A DNA stretch of 64,000 nt, from positions 95-64,094 of the forward strand of contig CAZPQK010000016.1 of the NCBI GenBank assembly GCA_964588695.1. Reading direction: 5' to 3'. Position numbers and translations under genes: made by a program. Positions 29,073-39,537 of the stretch are shown here, in pieces. Source of the DNA: an uncultured bacterium (GTDB taxonomy: Bacteria; Krumholzibacteriota; Krumholzibacteriia; WVZY01; JAKEHA01). The notes under the pieces are model-generated. The model worked only from the letters and a program-made list of their open reading frames with translations, made no database searches and was not told the DNA's origin. Positions within the stretch are counted from its first letter, which is position 1, and each line of letters opens with the position of its first letter.

Positions 29073-30185
29073 ATGCCTTCGAAACTTACCGTCGCCTTCG
29101 GGTCGATGTTGCTATGCCTGGCAGGGTTGGTGGTGTCATGCAGCGGAGACAAACCCGCCCCCGAACCGGTACTGCGCAGTGTTCGTGCCGTTCAAGTTTT
29201 CGCCAGCGGCGGCGAACGGACACGAACCTTCGCTGGAGTCGCCCGCGCCGGCGTGGAATCGCGACTGAGTTTTCGGGTCGCGGGAACGGTGCAACGACTG
29301 CTTGTCGAAGTCGGACAGCAAGTAAAAGAAGGCGAATTGATCGCCGAACTCGACCCAGAGGATTACAACTTGCAAGTGCAAGACGCCAGGGCGTCGCTAT
29401 CACAGGCAAGAGCTCAACTGCGCAACGCCCAGTCGGCATACGATCGTGCACGCGACCTGTATGAAAATCGCAACGCGTCCAAACAAGACCTCGACGCCGC
29501 ACGAGCACAATTCGAATCGGCCAGCGCTATGGTGCAGTCGGGTGAGAAACGACTGGAGCTTGCGCAGAATCAACTGGGCTACACCAAACTGCGAGCGCCG
29601 CGATCGGGCGCAATTGCGTCGTGCGACGTGGAGGTGAACGAGAACGTCTCCGCGGGCAAACCGGTGTGTTTGTTAACTTCCGACGGCAACATCGAAGTGG
29701 AAGTAGCCATTCCGGAGATCTTAATCTCGCAAATCCGCGAAGGCGGTAAGGTGTCCGCGCAATTCGACGCGCTCCCCAACACGGCGATTCCGGGAACGGT
29801 CACCGAAGTCGGCGTTGCCGCCACCGACATGGCGACAACCTATCCGGTCACCGTCCGCCTGGACAACAGCGCCGACGCGGTACGCTCGGGAATGGCAGCC
29901 GAAGTTACGTTCCAGTTTGCGGCAACAAGTAACCGTGAAACATACCTGGTCCCGTCGGTTGCAGTCGCAGAAGACCGCAACGGTCGTTTCGTTTTTATCG
30001 TGGCCGCGGCCGACACTCCGGGCGTAGGAGAGGTAAGCCGTCGACCCGTGACGATCGGCGAGTTAACCGGAGACGGACTGGAAGTTAGCGAAGGCCTTAG
30101 CGATGGCGACTTTGTCATCACGGCGGGCGTCAGCAAGTTGACCGATGGACAACGGGTTCGTTTTGACGCCGACGGAGCCAGGTAG
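29073..30185 (+). CDS. RND efflux periplasmic adaptor (membrane fusion protein, HlyD family), lipoprotein
   Basis: AAGGGAG RBS before ATG 29073. MPSKLTVAFGSMLLCLAGLVVSC lipobox. Coiled-coil hairpin plus beta-barrel MFP layout. Confidence 0.85.
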   Translation: MPSKLTVAFGSMLLCLAGLVVSCSGDKPAPEPVLRSVRAVQVFASGGERTRTFAGVARAGVESRLSFRVAGTVQRLLVEVGQQVKEGELIAELDPEDYNLQVQDARASLSQARAQLRNAQSAYDRARDLYENRNASKQDLDAARAQFESASAMVQSGEKRLELAQNQLGYTKLRAPRSGAIASCDVEVNENVSAGKPVCLLTSDGNIEVEVAIPEILISQIREGGKVSAQFDALPNTAIPGTVTEVGVAATDMATTYPVTVRLDNSADAVRSGMAAEVTFQFAATSNRETYLVPSVAVAEDRNGRFVFIVAAADTPGVGEVSRRPVTIGELTGDGLEVSEGLSDGDFVITAGVSKLTDGQRVRFDADGAR

Positions 30186-30187
30186 CG

Positions 30188-33100
30188 ATGAACTTTACCC
30201 AAGTTGCCATCGACAAAAAGCGTATCACTATTGTCGCGCTCGTCATCATCTTGTTCGCCGGTGTTTCCACTTACCGATCCATGCCACGCGACGAAGATCC
30301 TGGTTTTACGATTCGCACCGCGCAAGTCATTACATACTTTCCGGGCGCCAGCCCCGAACGGATTGAACAACTTGTAACCGACAAGTTAGAGAAGCGCATT
30401 CAAGAGATGCCCGAAATCGACGTTCTGCGCAGCCAATCAAAGACCGGCGTGTCCGTCATATTTGTCGACATCAAAGAAAGCCTCACCGAAATGCGCCCCA
30501 TCTGGGACAGTCTACGGCGCAAAGTTGACGCAGCTCGAGGAGAACTGCCGTCTGGAATTCGTGGTCCGTTTGTTAATGACGAGTTTGGCGACGTGTTTGG
30601 GATCATGATTGCGCTTACCGGCGAAGGCTATAGTTACGCCGAACTTAAAGAGATCGCCGACGATTCCCGCAACGAGCTGTTGCTGCTTCCCGACGCCGCC
30701 AAAGTTGAAATCTCTGGCGACCAGGAAGAACGAGTGTTTGTGGAGTTCAACAACGCCCGCCTTGCCGAACTCGGATTGTCCCCCGGCCAACTTAGCAACA
30801 TCCTCGAAGCTCGAAACATTGTGTTTCCCGGCGGCCAGGTGTTCACCGCCGACGAGCAGATTGCGCTAGAACCCAGCGGGAACTTTGAATCCATCGATGA
30901 GCTGCGCCGAACTGTAATTTCGGTCCCCGGGAGCCGCGAACTTGTTTACCTGGGTGACGTAGCCAACGTCACTCGGGGTTACGAAGACCCGCGGCGATCG
31001 ACTGTCCACTACAACGGCGATCCCGCGCTGATTATCTCGGTTAGCCAACGCGAGGGCGGCAATATTATTTCGCTGGGACAACAAGTCGACGAGAAATTGG
31101 AGCGCTTGCGCGCGGCCTATCCCATCGGAGTTGAGTTCGACGTTATCTACTTTCAGCCGCAGTTCGTTGGAAAAAAGATCAAGGACTTTACCTCCAACCT
31201 GTTGCAAGCGGTGGCCATCGTCATGTTGGTGATGCTGGTATTCCTGGGTTTGCGCACAGGCCTGGTTGTCGCCAGCCTGATACCTATGGCGATTGTGATG
31301 GCGTTGATGGTGATGGGTTTTCTCAACATCGGACTCGACCAGATGTCGTTGGCGGCACTGATCATCGCGCTGGGGATGCTAGTCGACAACGCGATTGTGA
31401 TGTCGGAATCGGTGATGGTACAAATCGGCCAGGGCAAGTTGCCAAAGCAAGCTGCGCTGGACTCGGCGGCAGAGTTACGCGTACCTCTGTTGACATCATC
31501 GCTGACCACAGCCGCAGCGTTCCTTCCCATCTATCTGGCCGAATCGACTGTCGGCGAGTACACCTCGCCAATTTTTACCGTGGTAACGATCACGCTTCTG
31601 TGTTCATGGATACTTGCGCTAACCATGACTCCGCTGTTGTGCGTTGCGTTTCTTAAGGTCAAACCCACCGACGATTCGATGAACAGTCGCTTCTATCGCA
31701 CTTATCGATCGTTTTTGACGTTACTACTAAAGAACCGCATCGCAACGATCGTCGGGGTAATCGTTATCTTTTGGGGATCGATGCAGCTGCTGCCGTTTAT
31801 CCCTGCGATTTTCTTTCCGTCAAACGACAAACCCATTATGTCGGTCGAGCTGGAACTGCCTATCGGTAGCCCACTGACGAAAACACTCGACGCGGTCGAT
31901 CGGTTGGAAGCGTTCATCGCGTCCGACATGCGGGGACAGATTGAGAACGGCGAAGTTGTCTCTGAGGGTGCGGTTGCGTTCGCCAGTTTCGTGGGCGAAG
32001 GCGCGCCCCGCTTCTTTCTGTCGTACAGTCCTGAACCACCCAGTCCTGAATATTCGTTTACGCTGATCAACGTGACCGACCGATGGAAAATTGAGTCCGA
32101 ACTGGTACCTAAACTTGAGGCGTTTTGTGCTGACGCTTTTCCGGACGCCAAGGCAACCATTAAGCCACTTGATTTGGGACCACCGGTGAGCGCCCCAGTG
32201 CAAGTACGCGTATCGGGTAAGGACCGCGACGAAGTGTTTGCGATTGTCGATCGGGTGAAGGCCGAGATCGCTAAGATTCCCGGCACGCGCGACATTAGCG
32301 ACAACTGGGGTCCACGTGCAAAGAAGCTTCTGGTAAAGGTCAATCAGCCGCGAGCCCAGCGAGCGGGAGTATCGAGCCAGGATATCGCCATATCGCTGCA
32401 AACTGCGCTTAGCGGAATTGCCACCACCGACTACCGCGAAGGCAGCGAAGTCATCCCGGTGGTGCTGCGTTCGGTTGCCGCCGACCGCAAAGACGTCGGC
32501 AAGATTGAAAGCCACAACGTCTACTCGCAAGCCACAGGTCGAGCGGTGCCACTTAAGCAAGTCGCGGACGTCGAGATTGTGTTCGAACCGGCGAAGATAT
32601 GGAGATGGGACCGCTCGAAGACCGTCACTGTAGACGCCAACATTGAGCCGGGTGCCAACGCCATCGCAATCGCAACCCAGTTGGATGCGATCCTGGCGCC
32701 CGAAGCCGCGACCTGGCCGGTCGGCTATAAGTATGAGCTTGGTGGAGAGCTGGAGTCGTCCGGCGAAGCCAACGCCTCCATCATGGCTAAGCTTCCAATT
32801 GCGCTGCTGATCATAATTCTTCTACTGGTTGGCCAGTTCGACTCGATTCGCCGACCGACCATTATTCTGCTAACGATTCCGTTCGGCCTGGTCGGCGTAT
32901 TTATTGGCCTTTTGGTAACCCAAAAGCCCCTTGGGTTTATCGCGTTCTTAGGCGTGATCGCGTTGGCTGGCATTGTCATAAACAATGCGATCGTGTTGCT
33001 CGACCGCATTAAGATTGAGATCGAACAGAACGGACTGGACCCTCGGAGTGCAATTGTCGAAGCCGCGCAACGTCGGCTTCGACCAATTCTACTGACAACC

Positions 33101-33274
33101 GCGACAACCGTGGGCGGACTGGTTCCATTGTGGCTGGGCGGCGGTCCCATGTTTGAGGCCATGGCCGTGGCAATTCTGTTTGGATTGATGTTTGCGACCG
33201 TGCTGACGCTTGGTCTGGTGCCAGTGCTTTACGCGTTGTTCTTCCGCGTCGGCTTTAAGGGCTTTAAGTACTAG
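30188..33274 (+). CDS. RND multidrug efflux transporter permease (AcrB/HAE1-like)
   Basis: 1028 aa with 12-TM topology and two large periplasmic loops. Conserved TM4 region ...LGMLVDNAIVMSE... Confidence 0.9.
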   Translation: MNFTQVAIDKKRITIVALVIILFAGVSTYRSMPRDEDPGFTIRTAQVITYFPGASPERIEQLVTDKLEKRIQEMPEIDVLRSQSKTGVSVIFVDIKESLTEMRPIWDSLRRKVDAARGELPSGIRGPFVNDEFGDVFGIMIALTGEGYSYAELKEIADDSRNELLLLPDAAKVEISGDQEERVFVEFNNARLAELGLSPGQLSNILEARNIVFPGGQVFTADEQIALEPSGNFESIDELRRTVISVPGSRELVYLGDVANVTRGYEDPRRSTVHYNGDPALIISVSQREGGNIISLGQQVDEKLERLRAAYPIGVEFDVIYFQPQFVGKKIKDFTSNLLQAVAIVMLVMLVFLGLRTGLVVASLIPMAIVMALMVMGFLNIGLDQMSLAALIIALGMLVDNAIVMSESVMVQIGQGKLPKQAALDSAAELRVPLLTSSLTTAAAFLPIYLAESTVGEYTSPIFTVVTITLLCSWILALTMTPLLCVAFLKVKPTDDSMNSRFYRTYRSFLTLLLKNRIATIVGVIVIFWGSMQLLPFIPAIFFPSNDKPIMSVELELPIGSPLTKTLDAVDRLEAFIASDMRGQIENGEVVSEGAVAFASFVGEGAPRFFLSYSPEPPSPEYSFTLINVTDRWKIESELVPKLEAFCADAFPDAKATIKPLDLGPPVSAPVQVRVSGKDRDEVFAIVDRVKAEIAKIPGTRDISDNWGPRAKKLLVKVNQPRAQRAGVSSQDIAISLQTALSGIATTDYREGSEVIPVVLRSVAADRKDVGKIESHNVYSQATGRAVPLKQVADVEIVFEPAKIWRWDRSKTVTVDANIEPGANAIAIATQLDAILAPEAATWPVGYKYELGGELESSGEANASIMAKLPIALLIIILLLVGQFDSIRRPTIILLTIPFGLVGVFIGLLVTQKPLGFIAFLGVIALAGIVINNAIVLLDRIKIEIEQNGLDPRSAIVEAAQRRLRPILLTTATTVGGLVPLWLGGGPMFEAMAVAILFGLMFATVLTLGLVPVLYALFFRVGFKGFKY

Positions 33275-34923
33275 TCCGACCCGGCGACAATGCCTTTGCC
33301 TTCGACAATCGTGATAATTTGGTTCGCCGGCGGATTATCGACAGTCTCGGTCTCCCCGCCGATCCAACGAACCTCTATCTTGCTAATAGAGTCGGCATTG
33401 CCCAAACCAAAGTGCAGCCGAAGACCGTAGTGACTTTGGTACCCCTGACCGCTGTGCACTTCGGCCAGTTGTGTCTTGCCACCCGCTGCAACCCGAACAT
33501 GTGCGCCGATGCCGTCACGATTCGTGTTAACGCCCTTAAGCTGCACGACCACCCAATTCCCCGCGGCGTTGTCGTTGCGCAGGACCGTTGGTTTAGCGCG
33601 CGAGTTAAGCACAACAACATCGATGTCACCGTCGTTGTCCAGGTCGTCGAAAGCGGCACCGCGACTGACCGCCTTAACGCTTAATCCGGCCACCTCAGAG
33701 ACGTCGGTAAACTTGCCGCTACCGTCGTTTTCAAGCACGACATTGCGCGCCGCGTAAGTGGCCACGTCGCTAAACTTCTCAACGTTGTCATTGACGTGCC
33801 CGCACGCAACAAACAAGTCGCGATCGCCGTCGTTGTCAAAATCTGCGAACCCGTTTCCCCAGGTCACATCCACAAGCGTGCCGCTACCCGCTCCCGTCGC
33901 CCGCGTGACATCGTCGAAGAACTCGCCTTGGATGTTTTCATACAGGGTTGCGAGTTCGGTCTGATAGCTGGTCATCTCGATGTCCAGCCAGCCATCGTTG
34001 TTATAATCGCCACTGGTTACCCCCATGCTCGACTGGGGCGCGCCATTAATGTCGTAGGCGAGGCCGCTGCTAAGGCCGACTTCCTCAAAGTGCCCATTGC
34101 CGTCGTTACGAAACAGAAAGTTGCCCCAATCATCGTTGGCCACGATGATGTCGGTGTCGCCGTCGTTGTCGATATCCGCAGCGACGGTCCCCATTCCCGC
34201 CCCCACGTGCTCTCCAATGCCGGAACTCTTGCTGACATCGGCAAATGTTCCGTCGCCGCTATTGCGGAACAAAAGGTTGGGCGTGCGGTCATAGTCGCGG
34301 GGCCCGGGGTATACCATCCAGGACCCAAAGTAGCGCTCGGTATGAGCTTCGTACGACCACGCGACGTAGTTGGCCGCGAACAGATCCAACCAACCGTCGC
34401 CGTCGATATCCAAAAAGTTCGCGCCGGCGCCGTTCATCTCACCACCCGAAACACCAGCATGTGCCGTGACGTCACTAAACGTCCCGTCACCGTTGTTCCG
34501 ATACAAAACGTTAGGACCAGCGTTGTTCACGAACAGATCCAAGAACCCGTCGTTGTTGTAGTCCCCCACGGCAACACCCAACCCAAACCCGGCGTCGCCG
34601 ACGCCCGCGCTGGCGGTGACGTCGGCAAAGCGCATGTCGCCAAGGTTGCGATAGAGCGCATTGGTGGGCTTAACGCTCATGTCTGCGCCGCGTAGCGGTG
34701 CGCCGCTAAGAAAATAAATATCCACCAGGCCATCGCGATCAAAATCGAACACGGCGACGCCGGCACTCATGGTCTCAATCAGGTAACGACGACCACTGCC
34801 GCCGTCCGAGTGGACGAACGTGATCCCGGTTTGCGCAGTTACGTCGGAGAACTTGATCTCGGCATCTACGACCGTAGCCGACGCAGCCAGCACAACAAAT
34901 GCCCAAAACACTCGTGCAGACAC
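33271..34923 (-). CDS. CRTAC1-family secreted protein (FG-GAP-like repeats + ASPIC/UnbV C-terminal domain)
   Basis: Signal peptide MSARVFWAFVVLAASATVVDA. Repeated DxDxDGxxD Ca-binding FG-GAP motifs (FDFDRDGLVD, GDYNNDGFLD, ...) and C-terminal ...GQGYQSHYGLRLHFGLG (ASPIC/UnbV). Confidence 0.8.
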   Translation of the reverse strand: MSARVFWAFVVLAASATVVDAEIKFSDVTAQTGITFVHSDGGSGRRYLIETMSAGVAVFDFDRDGLVDIYFLSGAPLRGADMSVKPTNALYRNLGDMRFADVTASAGVGDAGFGLGVAVGDYNNDGFLDLFVNNAGPNVLYRNNGDGTFSDVTAHAGVSGGEMNGAGANFLDIDGDGWLDLFAANYVAWSYEAHTERYFGSWMVYPGPRDYDRTPNLLFRNSGDGTFADVSKSSGIGEHVGAGMGTVAADIDNDGDTDIIVANDDWGNFLFRNDGNGHFEEVGLSSGLAYDINGAPQSSMGVTSGDYNNDGWLDIEMTSYQTELATLYENIQGEFFDDVTRATGAGSGTLVDVTWGNGFADFDNDGDRDLFVACGHVNDNVEKFSDVATYAARNVVLENDGSGKFTDVSEVAGLSVKAVSRGAAFDDLDNDGDIDVVVLNSRAKPTVLRNDNAAGNWVVVQLKGVNTNRDGIGAHVRVAAGGKTQLAEVHSGQGYQSHYGLRLHFGLGNADSISKIEVRWIGGETETVDNPPANQIITIVEGKGIVAGSD

Positions 34924-36041
34924 TACTGATTCCTCTGAAGTTGATCGTACAAGTTGCGCGCCCGTTGGTCATCCGGCGCCAACTCTAGCGCTCGCACGAC
35001 GGCGGTCCTGGCCCGGTCGTACTGCCCGACTTCGGTACTTACCACCGCCGAGAGCAAGTGAAAGCGGGCGTTGTCGGGTTGAATGCGCGTGAGATCGTCG
35101 CACAGCGAAAGCGCTTGTGCATTGCGCGACTCGCGACGATATAAGCTTACCAATTGCACACGTGCACCGACGTTGTCAGGGGCGACTTCGGCGGCGCGCA
35201 GCCAACTGCGCTCGGCGTTGTCATTGTCATTGTAAGCCAGATACAGCCGACCGATATCCACTAAAGCTTCCGCAAGAATAAACTCTGCGGGCGCGATCAC
35301 GTCGGTCGCGCGTCGCCGCTCTTCCGACTCGGCGTCCGCGTCCGCTCGGGTTTCGGCGAAACGTTGTCGATACTCACCAGCTTTGTCGGCGTCGCCTAAA
35401 CGACTGAACGCCGTCGACAGCCCAAAATAGGCGCGGGAATCGCCCGGCCGTAACGTCAAAGCCTGTTGGTACGCGTCTCGAGCGTCGGCAAACTCGCGAC
35501 GTTGCAAATGAATCCTTCCCTGCACCAACGACATTTCGTTGGTTTCTGGGCCGATCGCGCGGGCGGTTTCGATAGCCGCAAGTGCATCGTCAAGGCGACC
35601 GAGTTCTAACAGCGCCTCTGCGTAGCGTCGATGAACGACCGCGGACTTTGAGTTGACCTGCAGTGCGCGCTCGGAGAGTGCGACCACTTCGCCGAACTGC
35701 CCCTTGCGCAAGTACGCAAGCGCGAGAACGTCAAAAGCGTCTTCGTTGTCGGGAAATCGCTCCAGCACGCGCAACCACCAGCGTTCGGCTTCGGCGGTAT
35801 TGCCAAACTGGTTGTGCACCGTACCCATAAGACCAATGGGAAGCGGATCGTTGGGGTAGGCGGCGAGTAGCTTCTCGGCCGCGGTAATGGTTTCTTGCTT
35901 AAACGCGTTGAAGTTTTCTTCCAACGCAGCCTCGGGTACTTCCACGGCTGGAACATCGTCGGTACTGTCTGGCGTGCATCCGACGAACGTTATCACGACG
36001 CCGATCAAAAGCGCCGCAAGCGTGTGCCTTTCCAGCTTCAA
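34923..36041 (-). CDS. TPR-repeat lipoprotein
   Basis: TPR repeats throughout. Probable TTG start just after the stop of the upstream gene, giving LAALLIGVVITFVGC lipobox. The track ORF start at 36170 overlaps the upstream gene. Confidence 0.55.
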   Translation of the reverse strand: MKLERHTLAALLIGVVITFVGCTPDSTDDVPAVEVPEAALEENFNAFKQETITAAEKLLAAYPNDPLPIGLMGTVHNQFGNTAEAERWWLRVLERFPDNEDAFDVLALAYLRKGQFGEVVALSERALQVNSKSAVVHRRYAEALLELGRLDDALAAIETARAIGPETNEMSLVQGRIHLQRREFADARDAYQQALTLRPGDSRAYFGLSTAFSRLGDADKAGEYRQRFAETRADADAESEERRRATDVIAPAEFILAEALVDIGRLYLAYNDNDNAERSWLRAAEVAPDNVGARVQLVSLYRRESRNAQALSLCDDLTRIQPDNARFHLLSAVVSTEVGQYDRARTAVVRALELAPDDQRARNLYDQLQRNQ

Positions 36042-36042
36042 C

Positions 36043-39000
36043 CTAGCGATGGCCAACCACCTGCCGCGTGTTCCAGGTTTTAATGTACTCTTGCATCTCG
36101 GGCGAACTATGCCCGGATTGTTCGGGCGGATAGTTATCCATCGCGTGATATGGCAGCGGGTCGACGGCATCCGGGTGGGCCGTGTACAAGTTCATGTCTT
36201 TGCAGTAGCCGTCGGCGTGCATCACAATGGTTCGTGCCCAACCTGCGGGTAGCGGCGGCAGTCGCGTGGCGTCGAACTCAAGGACAATCTCTTCTCCTCG
36301 CGCCATCACCACAAAGCGGTCATCAACATCGCGCAACAACTCGCGTACATCGCCAAAGCGCGTAAAGTTGCCGGTAAGATGCTTGAACGGCAGGCCCTGG
36401 TCGACGCGATGGTAGTCGTAGGCCGTGGGATCGTTGCCATCGGGCGAGTACTCGCGCGGGTAGCCCAGGTACCGAAGGTCGGCGACGTCGGGTGTTAACG
36501 TATGTCGCTTGATACGTTGGTCCATCACGTCAACCCCGACGAATATTTGATCCCAAAACACTTCCATGTTGGTACGAAGCCGCAGCTTTCCGTGGTCGCG
36601 GATAGGAAGGTCGGTAATATCCAGCGTCATCATGCGCGGCAGTCCCGCCGGAAATCCAGCGCCAGGAATCGCAACTTTCCAACCGCCACTGCCGTCGGGA
36701 ATCTCGACACTGGGGATATCCATCGACAGCCCCGCTTGATACGCGGCGTAGTTAACGTGTGAATAGGTGTACTCAACCCATCCCCACAAGTACATGATCG
36801 CACGCGCGCCTTCCGGAAGGCTTTGCAACTGCTTGCCAAAGTCGAGTTCGATCCAGTGGTCTTCGGCGTAACCAACGAAGCGTTTATCCTTCGGCGGTTC
36901 GAAACTCACTCGATCGATTCTTAATACTCGATCGCGGACGTCGTTACCGTCTCGGTCGCGCGCGGCGTTGGGGAACAGTTTTTTGGTCACCGCGTGCGGC
37001 TTACCAGTTGGTAATGGCTCGGTCCCGGTAAAGCGTTCGTCAGGATATAGCTCCCAATCTGCCGGATGGTCGTAGGCAACAAGGTGAAGCTGATCCAAAT
37101 AGGTAACTTCTTCCAATGGCTCGGCGACGCGCAGCAGGTAGCGGCCGTCCTTGACTTTGAGTTGATGCGGCGGTATCAAAACATCTTCGGTGGGGTCAGG
37201 CGGCGCGTACGCGCCCGGCTCCATAAAAAAGCCCATGCCACCAACACCGAGAAAGTCGGTGATAAAATCGAACCGCTCGCCGTTCCACGCAAACAGGATC
37301 GGGCATGACGAAGGCTTACGCGACGCTTTGGCGATGCGCCACTGTTGGTTCGCGGCGATTTCGAGTTCGCCTTGCAACGTTGCGTCGGGCCAGGTCAGCC
37401 GCGCGTAATCAACGTTAGGCGCGTTGCCCAAGCCAAAGTGGGCGACCGGCGGCGGGCTTCCGAGATATCCGGACGACGAGGTGATCGTACGCACCTGCAA
37501 CTGCCGGCCGGTTTTGATTTCCACAGTTGTGCCGACGGCTTCGGGGTTAATTCTGGTTGCGGCGTCATCGCCTTCGGGCGTGGGAATGACGGTCAGCCAG
37601 TTGCGACCTTCCGGCGGATCGGCCCGCCATAGTTCCGGCGGACCCGCGACGGTCGCAATAAGAAACTCGACCATCCCATCGCCGTCGAAGTCAGCCACGA
37701 CAGAGCCGCGGGCTTGCCGGTTGCGATATGACTTCGGCGCAACGGCAGGACGACGCTCACCCAGTCCGGCGAGGGACTGCGCCCTCCCGGTGCCGACAAA
37801 GTTTTCCGATTTACTGAGCCGTACGTAACGCCGCTCCGGCTCCTTTCCAGTGTGTTCGATAACGAGGAGATCTAGGTCGCCGTCTAGATCTACATCGGCG
37901 AGTTGGCCTTTTTCAACCAGGCTCAATAGGAAATGTGATTCAGCGTCAGACCATGAGTCGCCGCGAGCGCGACGAAACCCTCCGACGCCAAAATTAAAAA
38001 AGAGCGTCGAACCTCCGCTACCCTGAAGTATCAAGTCTTCGTGACCATTTCCATCAACGTCACCGAGAGACACACCCCACCAAGGACCGCTTGCCACTAG
38101 CTCGGGAAAACGCTCGGTCGCATCGCGGTACTGTCCAACCCGATCGTTTAGGAACAATTGGTTTGGTTCGCCATCGTAAATGACATACAGATCCAAATCG
38201 CGGTCCTGGTCCACGTCAAAGAATGCGACGCTCGTGCTTTTTCCCCGACCCGTGTACAGGCTCGACATCCTCGCAACGTCGGTAAACGTACCGTCGCCAT
38301 TGTTACGCCACAGCGGATTCGGCGCGCCGTAATTGGCGACATATATATCCAAGTCGCCGTCGTGGTCTGCGTCGGCCCAGGCGGCCCCCGCCGATAGCGT
38401 CGCGGCACCGGCGACACCCGCCGATGCGGTAACGTCGGTAAACTTGCCGGTTCCGTCGTTGTTAAACAGCCGATTGGTTTGGTGGCAGGTCAAAAACACA
38501 TCCGGGTCACCATCGCCGTCGTAGTCGCCGAAATACGCGGCGATTGCGCCGGTTTCATTCAGGCCTGACTCACGCACCTGTTCAAAGCGACCGCCTCCGT
38601 TACGGTACAAACCGCCCCCGCTAAGCCCGGGGATGAGCACATCAAAGTCGCCGTCGCAATCGATGTCAGCGCACGCGACGCCGGGCCCAAAACTTGCCCC
38701 CGCTTGACCCGGCCTTCCCGGCGTTCCATTCGCCTTGCCAGTCAGGCCCCATTCCCGTGCGACGTTCTGGTACTCCGGACTCCACGACGCGTCGACACCC
38801 GGTTCGAAGGCACGCGCGACCATTGCGTAGCGACCCATTTCGCCGTACTTGAACTCGCGCGCCACTCCGGTCCCCGACGTTTTTAGTTCGCGAAAGCGGG
38901 TTAGCAGTTTCGTTGCGCGTTCGCTATCGCCCTGACGGCGAAGCATCGTCGACAGTCGATAAATGGCCGACTCGTGATGTGGTATTTGCTCGATCGCGTG

Positions 39001-39537
39001 TTCAAGCAACGCAATCGCTTCGACGGGATCGTCTTCGGCCAGTAGAATTGCCAGTTGATACGCAGCATCGGCGTCGTTGGGGTCGATCTCCAGCACGCGT
39101 CTAAACTCTGGACGCGCCTCATCGGGGCGCTTTAGAAACGTCAGCAACAAACCCAAGGAAAAATGCGCGTACGCGTTGTTAGGCTCCAATTCAATCACGC
39201 GCCGCAATTCGTCTTCGGCACGCGCGCGCGCTTCGTCGCTTTCGGTGTTCAACAAAGCGATACCAAGGTTTAGTCGGCCGGTTGGCCAGTCGGGACTAAG
39301 GCGAACCACTTCTTCGAACGCCTTGACTGCCTCCAAGGGTTGATACTGGTCCATCAATCCCATGCCACGGTTGAACGCCGCGAACAGTTCGTCAACTTGA
39401 TGCGGCGGCAGTTCCGGTAGCGGCTCGCGCACTCTCGTCGGGGTCATCTTGCTGGTGGCGACGGGTTGACAGCTTAAAGCGGCGAGCACACCCATGCACG
39501 CAAACATCACCAACGACCAACGTACTACTTTCGCCAC
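36043..39537 (-). CDS. Large lipoprotein: N-terminal TPR repeats + CRTAC1-type FG-GAP repeats + ASPIC/UnbV + ~440-aa C-terminal domain of unknown function
   Basis: MAKVVRWSLVMFACMGVLAALSC lipobox, TPR block, ADIDCDGDFDVLIPG / GDYDGDGDPDVFL repeats, ...SSSGYLGSPPPVAHFGLG, then an unassigned C-terminal domain. Confidence 0.8.
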   Translation of the reverse strand: MAKVVRWSLVMFACMGVLAALSCQPVATSKMTPTRVREPLPELPPHQVDELFAAFNRGMGLMDQYQPLEAVKAFEEVVRLSPDWPTGRLNLGIALLNTESDEARARAEDELRRVIELEPNNAYAHFSLGLLLTFLKRPDEARPEFRRVLEIDPNDADAAYQLAILLAEDDPVEAIALLEHAIEQIPHHESAIYRLSTMLRRQGDSERATKLLTRFRELKTSGTGVAREFKYGEMGRYAMVARAFEPGVDASWSPEYQNVAREWGLTGKANGTPGRPGQAGASFGPGVACADIDCDGDFDVLIPGLSGGGLYRNGGGRFEQVRESGLNETGAIAAYFGDYDGDGDPDVFLTCHQTNRLFNNDGTGKFTDVTASAGVAGAATLSAGAAWADADHDGDLDIYVANYGAPNPLWRNNGDGTFTDVARMSSLYTGRGKSTSVAFFDVDQDRDLDLYVIYDGEPNQLFLNDRVGQYRDATERFPELVASGPWWGVSLGDVDGNGHEDLILQGSGGSTLFFNFGVGGFRRARGDSWSDAESHFLLSLVEKGQLADVDLDGDLDLLVIEHTGKEPERRYVRLSKSENFVGTGRAQSLAGLGERRPAVAPKSYRNRQARGSVVADFDGDGMVEFLIATVAGPPELWRADPPEGRNWLTVIPTPEGDDAATRINPEAVGTTVEIKTGRQLQVRTITSSSGYLGSPPPVAHFGLGNAPNVDYARLTWPDATLQGELEIAANQQWRIAKASRKPSSCPILFAWNGERFDFITDFLGVGGMGFFMEPGAYAPPDPTEDVLIPPHQLKVKDGRYLLRVAEPLEEVTYLDQLHLVAYDHPADWELYPDERFTGTEPLPTGKPHAVTKKLFPNAARDRDGNDVRDRVLRIDRVSFEPPKDKRFVGYAEDHWIELDFGKQLQSLPEGARAIMYLWGWVEYTYSHVNYAAYQAGLSMDIPSVEIPDGSGGWKVAIPGAGFPAGLPRMMTLDITDLPIRDHGKLRLRTNMEVFWDQIFVGVDVMDQRIKRHTLTPDVADLRYLGYPREYSPDGNDPTAYDYHRVDQGLPFKHLTGNFTRFGDVRELLRDVDDRFVVMARGEEIVLEFDATRLPPLPAGWARTIVMHADGYCKDMNLYTAHPDAVDPLPYHAMDNYPPEQSGHSSPEMQEYIKTWNTRQVVGHR

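Noticed and set aside
33796-34695. 299-aa plus-strand ORF antisense to the CRTAC1 gene 33271..34923
   Set aside because: Low-complexity Ala/Val/Gly-rich translation of the reverse strand of GAC/GGC-rich FG-GAP repeats. No start context. Artefact.
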